Below, in pieces: positions 23,820 through 38,439 of a stretch of 64,000 bases of DNA. Position numbers and translations under genes: made by a program. Source of the stretch: Neocallimastix sp. 'constans' (lineage: Eukaryota); contig JBODTK010000001.1 of assembly GCA_050613775.1 (NCBI GenBank), forward strand, positions 806,001 to 870,000, written 5' to 3'. How positions within the stretch are numbered: the stretch's first letter is position 1; each line of letters starts with the position of its first letter. The notes under the pieces are model-generated. The model searched no databases. It worked only from the letters and a program-made list of their open reading frames with translations, and was not told where the DNA came from.

Positions 23820-24670
23820 AATAAATAATAAATAATAATTAAATAATTGAATAATAAATAATTGAATAATAAATAATAAATAATAAATAATAAATAATAA
23901 ATAATAAATAATAAATAATAATTAAATAATTGAATAATAAATAATAAATAATAAATAATAAATAATAAATAATAAATAATAAATAATAAATAATAAATAA
24001 TAAATAATAAATAATAAATAATAAATAATAAATAATAAATAATAAATAATAAATAATAAATAATAAATAATAAATAATAAATAATAAATAATTAATAATA
24101 AATAAATAATAGTAAATAATAAATAATAAATAATAAATAGTAAATAATAAATAATTGAATAATAAATAAATAATAAATATTAAATATTAAATATTAAATA
24201 ATAAATAATAAATAATTGAATAATAAATAATAAATAATAATTAATAATTAAAAAATAATAAATAATAAATAATTGAATAATAAATAATAAATAATAAATA
24301 ATAAATAATAAATAATAAATAATAAATAATAAATAATAAATAATAAATACTAAATAATAAATAATAAATAATAAATAATAAATAATAAATAATAAATAAT
24401 AAATAATAAGTAATAAGTAATAAATAATAATAATAAATAATAAATAATAAATAATAAATAATAAATAATAAATACTAAATAATAAATAATAAATAATAAA
24501 TAATAAATAATAAATAATAAATAATAAATAATAAATAATAAATAATAAGTAATAAGTAATAAATAATAATAATAAATAATAAATAATAAATAATAAATAA
24601 TAAATAATAAATAATAAATAATAAATAATAAATAATAAATAATAAATAATAAATAATAAATAATAAATAT
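23820..24670. repeat. (AATAAAT)n 7-mer satellite, about 850 bp
   Basis: Read directly; generates the spurious YYLLFII ORF on the minus strand. Confidence 0.95.
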
Positions 24671-26086
24671 TAATAATTGATGTTATAAAGTAACAAAAAA
24701 AAAAGTAGGAACTGAATTTAACCAAAAATACTTCTTAATGAAATCATTAAAATGGATTAAATACATATATATGAATAAAAAAAAAAATAATAAAAATAAT
24801 TGCTATTTTTAAAAATATAATTATTTATATGTAAATATTAGTGGCTTGTTTTTTATTTCTTAAAATACTAATATGATTGGATTATTTATTTTATCATCCA
24901 ATAAATATTTTCATATATATTCTCTATTTCATCATCAAATTTATATATATATTATATAAATTATTAAAATATATATAAAAATTATCAAAAATAAAAAAAT
25001 ATTTATAATTAAATATTATTATAAGTATTATCAATTATTTATTAAAAGATGTAATACAATAATTATTTACGTATTATTTAATTACATTGTATCATTGAAT
25101 TTATTTATGTTAATATTAAATATTATTCATTAATATTGATTATTATTATTATTTAAAAAATTATTATTTTTTTAATTATTATTTCATATTAATAATTATT
25201 ATTTCATATTAATGAGTTTTTATTAGTATTATTATAATTATCAATATTTTTTTTAAAAAAAAAAAAAATTAATTATTTTTATAATATAAATATTAAATAT
25301 AAGCATTTTTTTGAAAATAATTATAAAAAAATTTAATTCAATTTATATATAATTTAGTTTATATATAATAGTATTATAGAGTTTATATTATAATATATTA
25401 TAATTAATACTTTAATTTTGTTTTATTTTTTATTTGTTATTGTTTTTATTTTTTATTCTTTTTAAAATAATAAAATAAGAAATTTATATTTAATTTTTTT
25501 TTTAAAAAAAAACAAAATTTATTAAATAAAAAAAAAAGGTAAAATAAGAAATAAAGATTTATTTTATTTAAATTCTAATTTTTAAAAAAGTTTTTTTTTT
25601 TATGTAAAATAAAAGATTTGATTTAGAAATTACCGAAATAAAAAAAAAAAATAATAATAAGGAAAAGAAAAAAAAAGTAAAATATCATGGACAATATTAT
25701 AAGGAATATCACCTTATAAGCATAATAAAATAAAAAAGAATATATTTATTAAACACATGCGTTATACTATAAATAATTATTAAATAAACTTTTTTGATGA
25801 AAAATATAATAAAAATAATAAACCAATATAATATAATTAATGTTGGAAATGATAAAAACAAAAATTCATATGTATATATTATGAAGTTATGAAGTAGAGG
25901 AAATCAAAAATGAAAAAAAAATAAAAAAAAAATAAAAAAGAAAAAAATATATAAAAAGGAAAAAGGTTGATGAACTAATATATTTATTATATTTATTAAA
26001 TCAATATTTATATATATATTTTTTTTCTTTTGGAAAATAGAATAAAAAAAAAAATTAAAGAAATAAATAAAATAAAATAAAGAATA

Positions 26087-27069
26087 ATGGCCACTCAAGT
26101 TAGTAACGCTGTTTACAACAGTTCCTTCTGTCCAGGTAGATATTCAAATAAAAACAATATAAAGTTATAAACTATGGATATAAAGCAGTAGAATTAATAA
26201 TTAATGAATTAAATTTCATTAAATTATAAAATATTAGATTACGCTTCCTTCTTTGGTTTTGCTGGAGCTGGTCTTGCTACCATCTTCAGTTCCATTGGTT
26301 CAGCTTATGGTACTGCTAAGGCTGGTATGGGTATTGCTGGTATGGGTACTTTTAGACCAGAACTTATTATGAAGTCTTTAATTCCAGGTAAATGAAAGGA
26401 ACAAATTAAAAAAGAAATTTGTGTAATATTGGAATTTTTATAAAAGTAATTTAATTAACAATGTATGTATATACTTTTTTTTATAATAATATAATAATTA
26501 ATTTTTAAATAAAAAATTCAATAGTTGTTATGGCTGGTATGTATTATATGAAAGTATAAATTTTGGAATATAAATATTGTAAAATACTAAAAAATAGTTA
26601 ATTTTAATAAATATAATAATTGATATAATAATTATAATAGGTATTGTTGCTGTTTATGGTTTAGTTGTTTCTGTTCTTATCGCAGGTCAATTAGAAGATA
26701 AACCATACTCTTTATTCTCTGGTTTCGTTCACTTTTTCTCCGGTATTACTACTGGTTTAACTGGTGTTGCCTCTGGTTATGCTATTGGTATTGTTGGTGA
26801 TTATTGTGTTCGTGGTTACGGTCAACAAGCCAAGTAAGATTAAAATATAAATTTAAAATATTTATTATTTTTTATGAGAAAGTTTAGTATTTTTGAAATT
26901 TGGAATTTCTAATTTACAAATATGTTTTTTATTTTTATTTTTTCCCACATCAAAAAGATTATACGTTTCTATGGTTTTAATTCTTATTTTCGCTGAAGTT
27001 TTAGGTTTATACGGTCTTATTGTTTCTTTAATTATGAACACCAAAGCTAACAACACAACTTGTCTTTAA
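26087..27069 (+). CDS. VMA11: V-type H+-ATPase 16 kDa proteolipid subunit, c'-type
   Basis: Exons 26087-26135, 26238-26387, 26525-26536, 26641-26833, 26958-27069. Motifs [28 protein letters not shown] (c'-like), [19 protein letters not shown] with the essential Glu. The family call is secure; c' versus c is less so. Confidence 0.9.
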
Positions 27070-27403
27070 ATTTATTCTATTTTATTTATCAAAACAAAAA
27101 AAAAAAAAACAAAAAAAAAATAATAAAGAATATATATATAATTAAAATATAATTAGAGAAAAGTTAATAAAAAAAAACCTCAAGAAATATGAACAACGAA
27201 TGAAAAAATAATGAAGAAAAATATAAAAGGTTAAATTTCTTATTATATTTTCTTCTTTTTCTTTTTAAATATAGAATAAAAAAAAAAGTGAAGTAGAAAG
27301 TATGAAAGAATATTTTTTTAATATTGCTTTTTTTTTTTTTTTCATGTTTTTTAATTTATTAATTTAAATAAATATACAATAAAGCAATAATAATATAATA
27401 ATC

Positions 27404-27434
<31 letters not shown>

Positions 27435-28497
27435 AAATTAAAATAAAAATAAAAATAATAATCTATAAAGAAATAAACTTATAAATAATAATATAATAAT
27501 AATAAAAACAATTAAAAAATATATAAAAAAAAATATGAATAACGTAATAACAAAATATAAAGATTACCAAATTTTATTTTGAAAAGAGAAGAAAATCGTT
27601 ATTTGGATATAAATTTAAAAAAAGAAAAAAAAAATTATAGAGAAAATATATAAATCTTTGAATAAATTTAAAGAATTATTATTATTATTTTTTTTTTTTT
27701 ATTGTTTGAAATTAATGTTTAAATAAAAAGAAATATTATATTTAAAATTTTAATATTATTATTTTCGTATTTCAGAAAAAAAATAAAAAAAAAAAAATGG
27801 TTTGAACTAAAGGATTATAGAATTTATTATAAATATTGGTATTATAATTCTATTTTAAATAATTTTAAAAGATAGGCTTTTTAAAATGAGAAAGATGAAA
27901 TATAAACATATTATTATTATTGTTGTTGTTTTTATTATTTTTATTTTTATTTTTATTATATTATATTTTATTTTATTTTATTTTTTTATTTTTGTTTTAT
28001 TCATAAATTTATTTTTAAAATAGAAAAAAAAAAAAAAAAAGAATTTTTTTAATAAATGGTAATGGTAATATATTTTTATTAATATTTCTATTTTTTTTAT
28101 TTTTTTACCTTTTTTTTTACTTTTTTTTTTTACTTTTTTTTTTTTATCAAATATTTTATTTTTCAATAATTTTATTTAATTTAATTAAAAAAGAGGAAAA
28201 TTATTTATTATTTTATGTGTTATAAAATTTAAATATTGAAAAATATGAAATATTTAACATTCCTTCATTTAGGACTGGTATTAATTAGTAATTAATATTA
28301 GTATGTTAATCCTATAACATCAAACGTAAGAATAATAATTAAAAAATAAGATAAAAAAAAAAAAAAAAAAAAAGTATGAATATAAAAAATCTTAATATAT
28401 AATATAATATAAAAAAAAAAAAATTTTTTTTATTATATTATTAATAAAATTTATGATAAAAAAAAAAAAAAAAAAAAAGAAAGAATAGAGATAAACA

Positions 28498-29480
28498 ATG
28501 TTTTTCTTAATTTTTCTTAATCTATATATCCATTTTACTCATGCCGTACAGGTTTTGAAGTTGTTTATACTGATGAAAATGGAGGTTGGGATGTAGAAAG
28601 TGATGAATGATATGGTAATGGTAATGAATCTTCCGAAAAAGAAATATGAAAATTCATATTTTTTTTTTTGTTGTTATTGTTGTCCGAGGATATCTGTGTT
28701 GTAAATCATATGAAGTAATGTACACAGATGAATCTATCTAGTTAATGGGGTATAAAAGATGGAGAATGATGTGGTATTAAGGACAGTTGAAGTTGTACTG
28801 ATATAGATGATATGGGCAATGATATTGATAGGAATAATGATATCGATGTGAACAATAATTTTGATTTTTCATTCTTAAAAAATTGGAAAATATTATGGAT
28901 AATACTTTTCCAAAGTATGATTTATAATTCATTATCTAAAAAAGATGTTGCTTTACTTCTATTTATAAGACGAAGCAACTAAAAATATTTATGATGAAAT
29001 AAAATATAAAGTAATAGGAAAATTGTACCTTTCCTAAATGCCCAAGTTCTAGTGAATCTTTATCATTAATTAATAGATAATATATAAAATACCTTATAAA
29101 AAAAAGAAAAAAAAAAAATAGAGTGTAGGATACAGAAGTAATAAAATATAAATTTAAAGATATTAATAAATGATATTAATAAATAGATTGAAGATAAAAC
29201 TTTAGGCATCATTTTAAGTATGCTTAGTGATGAAACAATTCATGATTCAATAATGCTTATTGTTAAAAATGCTCTTATAATAGATATAAAATAGGAAAAG
29301 TCCATTTAGAATGAAAAAGAATTAATGGAGAAAAAATTTTTTTTATCATGAAAAAGAAGAGGAATTGGAAGAGTAACAATAATATATGATATAACTTGAT
29401 TCACGTGTATCATATTATATGAATGATGATGTAACAGTTTTAAGTATGAATTTAAGAATTAAAGAATTTTGGAATAGACG
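28498..29480 (+). pseudogene. pseudogene of a double-dockerin (CBM10-type) plus serpin protein (celpin-like)
   Basis: Dockerin relics EVVYTDENGGWDVESDE*YG (~28536-28617) and GYLCCKSYEVMYTDES..WGIKDGE*CGIK (~28688-28790). Serpin relics FDFSFLK (~28859), NK*IEDKTLGIILSMLSDE, NALIIDIK*EKS, SYYMNDDVTVLSMNL. Many stops and frameshifts. Confidence 0.75.
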
Positions 29481-29520
29481 ATACTTTTTATTTCTTTAAC
29501 AATTTTATTTTACTTTTGGT

Positions 29521-29553
<33 letters not shown>

Positions 29554-29976
29554 AAGTAAAATAACCGTTTTATATTTAATTAATTGGAAAAAAAAAAAAA
29601 GAACTTTTTATGAATGAGTGTAAAATATAAAAAATATTCCTAATTAAAATAATAATAATAAATAATAAATAATAAATAATAATAAAACATGAAATTTTCA
29701 TATTATTTTTTTATCTTTAACAAAAATATTATAAATAAAATTGAATATTTTATATAAACTTTTATATTGGTATATAAAAGTATTTCTTAAACTAAATTCC
29801 ATAATATAATAAATATTTTATTACATCTATTCTATATAATAGATAATAAAAAATTATATAAAATACAATACATATATATAAAAATGGGGAAAAAAAAGTG
29901 GAGATATTATTTAATAGTAATAATAATATAATAATTAATGATTATTAATATTTAATAATAACAATAAAATAATAAT

Positions 29977-30025
<49 letters not shown>

Positions 30026-30555
30026 TGAGACAATTTTCATTTTGTATAATTAATTCTAATGGATTAATTAAATCATCATTAAAATTCAAAACTAAAAATA
30101 GAAAAATAAAAGAAATAAAAAAAAAAAAAAAAAAAGGAAAAAGGAAAAAAGAAAATCAATTTATATATAATAAATAATGATATAATGATAAAAAAGAATT
30201 ATGATAATTATCAATTAAAAAAAAAATATATTGAATTATGATACTTCATATAATTAAATAATTAATACAGAAAAAAAAAAAAATCTTTTTTTTTAATTAA
30301 AAGCAATAAAAAGTAAATTCGTACAATAAAAGGATGATACATTTATTTATTATAAATTTAAAATTTTAGTAAGAAAAAATTTTTATTTTAATTTATTTAA
30401 TAATTATGAATAATTATTAATTATAAAGAGTTAATAATAATAATAATAATAATTATTATTATTGTTATTATTATTATTATTATTTTTATTTTTTCTTCTT
30501 CATTAGAATATATTTATTAAAAGCTTTTTTTTTTTTTTTTTTTGCTATTCTTTTT

Positions 30556-30587
<32 letters not shown>

Positions 30588-31048
30588 TTTTTCTTTTTTA
30601 TATATATTTAATTATTATTAATAAAAATAAAATTTCCTCAATTTCATATTATATGTGGTATATATAAATAACTTTTTTCAGCTACTATAATATATGTATT
30701 ATATTAATCATTTCTAATATTATTAATAAAAATTTTATTTTATTTTATTTTATTTTTTATTATTTATTTATTTATTTATTTATTTTTCTTAATTAAAGCA
30801 TTTTTTAATTTTTGATTGTAATTTTTTAACAGCAATAGAGAGCAAAATTTAATTATCTATTAATTATCTATTAAAATAAAGAACATTTTAAAAAAAAAAA
30901 AAACAAAGAAAAAAAAATAAAAATAGAAAAAATAATAATAATTGAAAAATATATATATATATATCTATTCAATAGTTTTTGAGTCTTTTTTTTTTTTTTT
31001 TTTTCTTTATGAGGAATAATTTTTATTTTTAAATTACATAAGGCAAAA

Positions 31049-32719
31049 ATGGAAATAATGAAATGTAAATATTATATTATATATACCTTTATCAATACTT
31101 TTATATAAAATAAATTTCATAATAAATTAAAATATATATATATTATATATATATAAAATATTATATATATAATTTTATTTAAATATATTTATATATATAT
31201 TTAATTATTTTTTTTTTTTTTTTTTTTTATTATTATTTTATTTTATATTATTTTTATTTTTATTTTTAATTCTTAATTTTATTTAATTATTCTTTTTCAT
31301 TTTGTAGCTTTAAGTACATTAAGTCAAATTGAAAATGATTTCTTTGATATGGAAGGTTATGTCTATGAAAAAAAGAAGATGTTTGAAATGATAAAGAATA
31401 GAAATAGGTCTAAATTGAATTTAGAGAATCCTGATACCGAAGTAACATTACCGTTACCATTACAATATCGACAATGTGAAAAAAATATCTTAAGAAATTA
31501 TGTATTTAAAACAAAAAATAATGAAATCTTTGAATTAGCACCAATAAAACAGAAAGTTATGTTGAAAAAACGTCAAAGTACTGAAAAAAATTTATTATTA
31601 CATAATGATGTAACGGATGAAAATTATTGTACAAATACCATATGCTTACAAGAGGATGAATTTAATATTGATGAAATGGATAATTATTCTCAAAATAGAG
31701 AAGAAGAAGAAGAAAAAGAGAAAGAAAAAGAAAAAGAAGAAAGAGAAGCAGAAAGAGAAGGAGAAGAAGAATCCAATGAAAAGCATATTCAAAATAGAGA
31801 AGAATCCAATTTAACCGCAGTTAATAATTATCTTGGAGAATATCTAGGAGATTTTGATGATATTACTTTCACGAAGAGGGGATCCTCTCTTAATTTTCAA
31901 AATTTACAATCCTATGATAGTTCTCTCTTGGATGTCGTTCCGGTAACTCAAGGTACTTCCTTACACAGAAGAATTCATAGTAATCCAACGATGAACAGAT
32001 CCGATCAACATCAGAATAAACATATCAAAAAGAATTCTATTTCATCTTTCATACAAAAGCCTACCAGTAATTTAATTAAAAGGGTAAGATCATTTATTCA
32101 TAATTCAGATGAAGATGTATCTGGAAGTAATGCTACCATTGTATATAATCATTCCCCTTCACTTTATACTACTACTTCTACGATTAATGTGACCAGTATG
32201 GAATCGAAGAACAAAGGTAGTATGAAAAAATTATTTAAGTCATTAAGTAAGGTCTCCAAGAATACAAGTAAGGAAAAGAGTCATCATAAATCCAAATCGG
32301 ATGAAATCCTAACCAATAGAAATTCCACTAAGAATTCCAATTCAACTTTTTTTATTAATAGAAATTTTAGTTTAAGTAGTTTACGGTTAAAAGGCTCAAA
32401 ATCCAATATTTCACTTCAAAATAATAATGAACCACAGCCACCACAAAACAATGATAATAATGTTAAAAGCGTTAATGTCAATGCCACCACCATCAATACT
32501 CCCAATAATACTATTAATGAATCTAGACCACTGAATCGTCGAGGTTCCTTAACACAAACGGTGATGAGAAAGATTATTAATCTCCCAAAATTATCGAAAT
32601 TAGGATCCATAAAAGCCATTGAAGATGGTAAATTAAGTGCTCGTAGTGAAATGAATTTGAGTTATGAAAAAAATTCTCACTCCATTGGTAAAGTCTTCAC
32701 TTTCCATAAAAATAAATAA
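31049..32719 (+). CDS. hypothetical low-complexity protein (Ser/Asn/Lys/Glu-rich), about 475 aa
   Basis: 456-aa ORF 31349-32719. Extended in frame by exon 31049-31064 (MEIMK) spliced over a GT-AG intron to 31308. No recognised domain. Confidence 0.75.
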
Positions 32720-32767
32720 ATTATAGAAAAAAAATAATGAAAAAATAAAATAAAATAAAATAACAAT

Positions 32768-32836
<69 letters not shown>

Positions 32837-32950
32837 TAATATTAAAAATAAAATTTTAATATATTTATTTTAATAAAATAGAATAGTATAAAAGTTATTT
32901 GCTTATATTTACATTAGAAATAATAATAATAATAGTATAGATAGAATATC

Positions 32951-33029
<79 letters not shown>

Positions 33030-33916
33030 ATAATATATTTTGAAATATATTTATAAAAATAAATTTTAATATGAAGTTTTAAAAAAAAAAAATTTTTTTT
33101 AAGTAGGTTTAATTTTATTTTATTTTTTATTTTTATTTTTTATAAATAATATTTTAAGAAAAGAATATATAAAAATCTATTGTGTTACTTTTTATTTATT
33201 TATTTATTTATTTATTTATTATAAATTATTTAAGTTCACAAAAAAGAAATATATTTATATATTGATAATAACAAAAAAAATATATATATATAAAAATCTT
33301 TTTTTTAGTATTTTATTATTTTTTTTTTTTATTTTTTTTTTTTTTTTTTTTTTTTTTACAATATTTTTCATTAGTATAACTATTATTATTATAATAACAT
33401 TCTCATTAATAGATTACTAGTTACAATACAAAAAAAATTTTTTTTTTTTTTTGTTAATAGGTAATAATAATAATAATAACATCAATTATTATTATTAAAT
33501 TAAAAAAGTAAATCAATTACAAAAACAAAAAATTACAAAATATAAAAATAATATTTAAAAATAAAAAAAAAATAAAATAAAATAAAAATTAAAGTTAAAC
33601 AAATAGATTAATATTTTATTGATATTATTAAATCTGTAAAATTGTCATTATCATTGAATTTTACTGTAATATTACAATTATTTATTTATTTATTTTTATT
33701 TATTTATTGAGTAATTTTTTTTTCCTTTTTCTTTTTTTTCCTTTTTTCCTTATCCCTGTCCATTAATATTAGTAACATTTGATTTCTCCTGTCTTTCTTT
33801 TCTTCTAAATTAAAAATTTATCTATTTCATTTCTTTATTAATTATTTTATCTTAATTTATTTTATTTTTTATTTGATTATAATTTAATTTACTTTAATTT
33901 AATTTTTTATTTTTAG

Positions 33917-33949
<33 letters not shown>

Positions 33950-34078
33950 CTTTCTTTCTTTCTTTCTTTCTTTCTTTATTTATTTATCTATTTATTTTTC
34001 ATTTTTCATTCTTCATTTTTCAATTTTTCATTTTTCATTTTTCATTTTTTTTTTCTTTTTCATTTTTTATTATTTTTT

Positions 34079-35729
34079 TTAATCTATATTACGTGATTTA
34101 TGATAGAATACATTTTTTATTTTAGATTGAACTTTCTTAAAAGTATTTTTTATATTTCCACCTATATTAGAAAAAAATCCACTACCACTATTAAAATTAA
34201 ATCTTGTTTTTAGTTTATGGAAAAAGGATTCATCATATTTTCGTATGTCATGTTCATCCCCTACCATTTCAGTTGGCTTTTTATATTTTAAATGACAAAC
34301 AAATACTAATGCGATAATAATCACTAAAAATACTAAGAAAAATATTAAAAGTTTATATCTTCCAGCAGGGAAAATAGTTTCAAAATAGTCAAAAATGGAA
34401 TCACTATACAGATTTGAAGGATCTGAAGGTCGAGTAATTAATGATCCTGCAGATACAACCGTTACATTTTCAAGTAATTGATTAACAAATTCACTACGTT
34501 TATCTATCCATTCTTTAATACCATATCCTATATCGGATACACTTTCATCGATAGCAGTCAGTGATTTATCTATTGTCCAATCAGGATCAATTAATGTAAT
34601 AGTGGTATTCTTTTTAATAATAATGGTGGTATCAATAGTACTATTACTTGGAAAACCATTATTATTTTCCTTAACATTTTCTTCTTTAATTTGTTTAATT
34701 TCTGTTTCTTCAATAACACTCGTTTTTGAATGGTAAGGTTTTTCTTTTCTTTCTTTTTCTAAATCAAATTTAATTAAGTCTTTCAATGAATCAATAAATG
34801 GGAATAATATTTCCGTATTAAATAAATTAATAATAATTAATTTTACAGTTTTTGTAAATAAATCATAAAGATAAGAATTATTCATAATTATGTTGAGTAA
34901 TGGATCATTTGGATTGGTTGATAAACGCCATTCATCAAAATTTGTTTCATAGGTATAACCATTTTGATTATTTTTATAACCTAAGGAAGAAGTAAAATCT
35001 ACTGGGAAAATAACATAACGTTTTAATGCTGGATGATAATAAATTAAAAAGTTGGATGGATTTCTCCAATAACCATGATAACGTCCTAATAAATAGTCCA
35101 TAGCTAAACTGTTTTTGTTTATATTAATGTATATATATATATACATATTAATATAAATAAATATATAATTATATATTCATATTTGATATGTATTTATAAA
35201 TAAAAATAAAAAGAAAAAATAAAAAATAAAAAGAAAAAAAATTAAAAAATTAAAAAATTAAAATAAAAACAAAAATAAAAATAAAAATAAAAATAATTAC
35301 AATCGAATAAAGATATCTAATTCAAAAACATCATAAACGGAATGAAGTAATTCATTTTCATTAGTACTTGTAAAGTCAGTTTGATTTATTTTTTTCATTA
35401 AATCAATTAATTTAGTAAAACTTTCTTCTTTTGAGCCAAAGTCTGTACCATTAATTTTACAATCCCAAGTTTGATTCCAATTAGGATAACTTATGGCTTG
35501 ATCATTAATATAATTTAAACTAGCATTATAATTTCCTTTATATGGAATAGCTTGGAATAATGGACCAATATCAGGATTTTTACCTCTAGAATGGAATAGA
35601 TTTCTTATATACGTTTTTTTCATTGTATCCTCATAATAATATAATCCATAATAATCACTTTTAAAATAAATAATGAGTAATAAATAAATTAAAAAATAAA
35701 AAATAAATTTAAAAATTAAATTAATGTAA

Positions 35730-35790
<61 letters not shown>

Positions 35791-36312
35791 TAACAGAAAT
35801 AAAAATATTAATAAATTTATCAATATTATTTAAAATAACTAATTATTATTATTATCATATTAATAATTTAAATTATTTTGTGGAAAAAAAAAAAAAAAAA
35901 AAAAAACATACTTATTAATATAAAGTCTTGCAAAGGCACCACGATTAGTTGGTATACCCACTTTTTTTAATAACTCAACAGAAATTGGCTCACGTAGCAT
36001 AGTTATATCATTTGGAAATGCTTTAAGTTTAAGTTTTTTTGGCTCAAAAGATGTATCGTCCTCTCCTTTATAAGCAATTTTAAATGATTGCTTGGTAAAC
36101 ATTCTTGAATAATTACCGGCAATTGATAACTGCCATCCTTCTTCATCTAAAGATGTAATTTGATCATAACTAAAGTTAATAATGACAATCATAATAATTA
36201 TATATATAATGAATTAAAATAATTAATAATAAATTATTATAATAGATAATAATAAATTTATATTTATAGATATAGATATAACAATTAAATCATTTCAATC
36301 ATTAAAACACTA

Positions 36313-36389
<77 letters not shown>

Positions 36390-36884
36390 ATATAAATTTT
36401 TTTACCTATAAAAATCTCCTGTAAATGGAACTTTTATATCATTATGAGGAAATTGATTCATTAATTCAAGTTGATCTATATCTTTAACCACTAAATGAAA
36501 TGTATTTACATTATTAATATCAAATATGTCATCATTTCTAGTACTATATGGATTTTCCCATATTTCTGGTAAAAATTTTATTTCATCGGTCGAAGGTCTT
36601 TGAAAAAATTCATAAGGTGTAGTATAAGTCTCACCAGGGGTAATATTTAAAAAACGGAAAAAATCTTCCTTTATTGTCTCATCACAAGAACAATAAGAAT
36701 ATTTCATTACACTTTCCTCTAAAACTTCAACTTCTATGGAATTTTCCCGTAATAAATCCCTTTGTTCTGATAAATTATGAATAGTATCATTTATTGATAC
36801 ACAAAAAGGTGTATTAGTATATTCGGGACTGATTAATAGATTAAAATGAACTGAGGCAGTTTTAACAATTTCTTCAGCATTTAC
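34079..36884 (-). CDS. CotH kinase-family protein with C-terminal transmembrane helix (5' end uncertain)
   Basis: Exons ~36884-36406, 36169-35912, 35657-35301, 35108-34079, joined in frame by GT-AG introns. CotH motifs IAGNYSRMFTKQSFKI, KLKLKA..D.TMLRE, FARLYINNDYYGLYYYED, AMDYLLG...YW.N.SNF.IY, IFPVDF. TM segment LLIFFLVFLVIIIALVFVC. Start codon not resolved. Confidence 0.85.
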
Positions 36885-36990
36885 TTTATTTATTTATATA
36901 ATATTTTTCATTATTGATAATTTAATAGAGATTGTTTTATCATTTGAAAATAATAATACAAATAATAATAATAAAAAGATAATTATAATT

Positions 36991-37022
<32 letters not shown>

Positions 37023-38367
37023 TAATATAATGAAATTTTGAAATTAAATATCAAGTTATAATATATTATTAATAAAATATAGTATATATTCGTAATTATT
37101 AAATTTACCTTTTAGAAATTCAAAATTAAATATATCTAATTAAAATATAAATTGCAAATATAAATATAAATATAAATATATGCAAAATAAATAAAAGATT
37201 AATATGCTTTCATAATAATAATTTCATCATAACTTCATATATTACAATATTAAATATTTACTTAAAAGTATTATGGATATAATTTTTAATATAATAAAAT
37301 ATGAAATTATACTATATATTGATTTCATCATTTTTAATTTTTTATGATATTAAAGTTGGTATATTAACTGAGGAAAGAGTGAGAGAGAGAAAAAAAAATA
37401 AAAGAAAAAAGAAAAAAGAAAAAAATAGATTTTGAGTAGTATCAAAAATTTAGGAACAACGTTTATTTTTATATTTTATTTTTATTATTATAATATTTAA
37501 TTTATAATAACTTTCTAAATCGATTTTGTTCCCTTTAAATTAAAAGTCAATTTCTTTTTCTGTGATATATATGTATATATAATAATAACTGATTCAAAGT
37601 GTATTAAAATTGAAATTCATTTACAATATTGATTTTAAATATTTTCTTATTTTGAATTTTTATTTTTATTTATGTTTTAATAATAAAATATTTTAAAGAT
37701 AGTTTTTTGTCTTATAATAAATGAAACGAAATAAAATAAATTCAAATATGTCTTTAGTATTAATATATATAACAAGATTTTAGAGATGAATTTAATGTAA
37801 ATTTTTCAATGTTGTAATTTGTTTTTATTATTTTTTTTTCCAATTTATGTTACATAATGAAAATAACGGGGTAGGATATAATTATGTAAGGATTTTTTAT
37901 ATATTCCAAAACTTTAATAATAACTTGTTTATATTTTCTTTTTTTTTTTTTCGTTTTTTTTATAAAAAATATATAGAATAAATACTTGAATATAAAGAAT
38001 ATATATATATATAATAAAGACCAAATATTTATTTTTAAATTATATTATCAAATCTAAAGAAAATACTTTTTATTAATATTATTATGATATCCAATATAAT
38101 TTTTTGAGTTTGTTTTAACTTTTTCTTAATTTCTGAAGTAGAATTGATACTAATTTATTATTTACTATTTAATGTTTTATTAGTATCTATATATTAACTG
38201 TTTTTATTTTCATTTTTTTATTTCAAGAATATTTTTTTTATATATATTTATGGGAAATTTTAACTAGTATTCTTTTTTTATAAAAAAAATTATATATTTA
38301 TAGAAGAATATTTCAATACTATTAACATTTTTTTTAAAAAAAAAAAAATATTAATATTATTTACTAT

Positions 38368-38439
<72 letters not shown>

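Noticed and set aside
24180..24725. 181-aa hydrophobic ORF (and 47900-48094)
   Set aside because: Translation of the (AATAAAT)n satellite.
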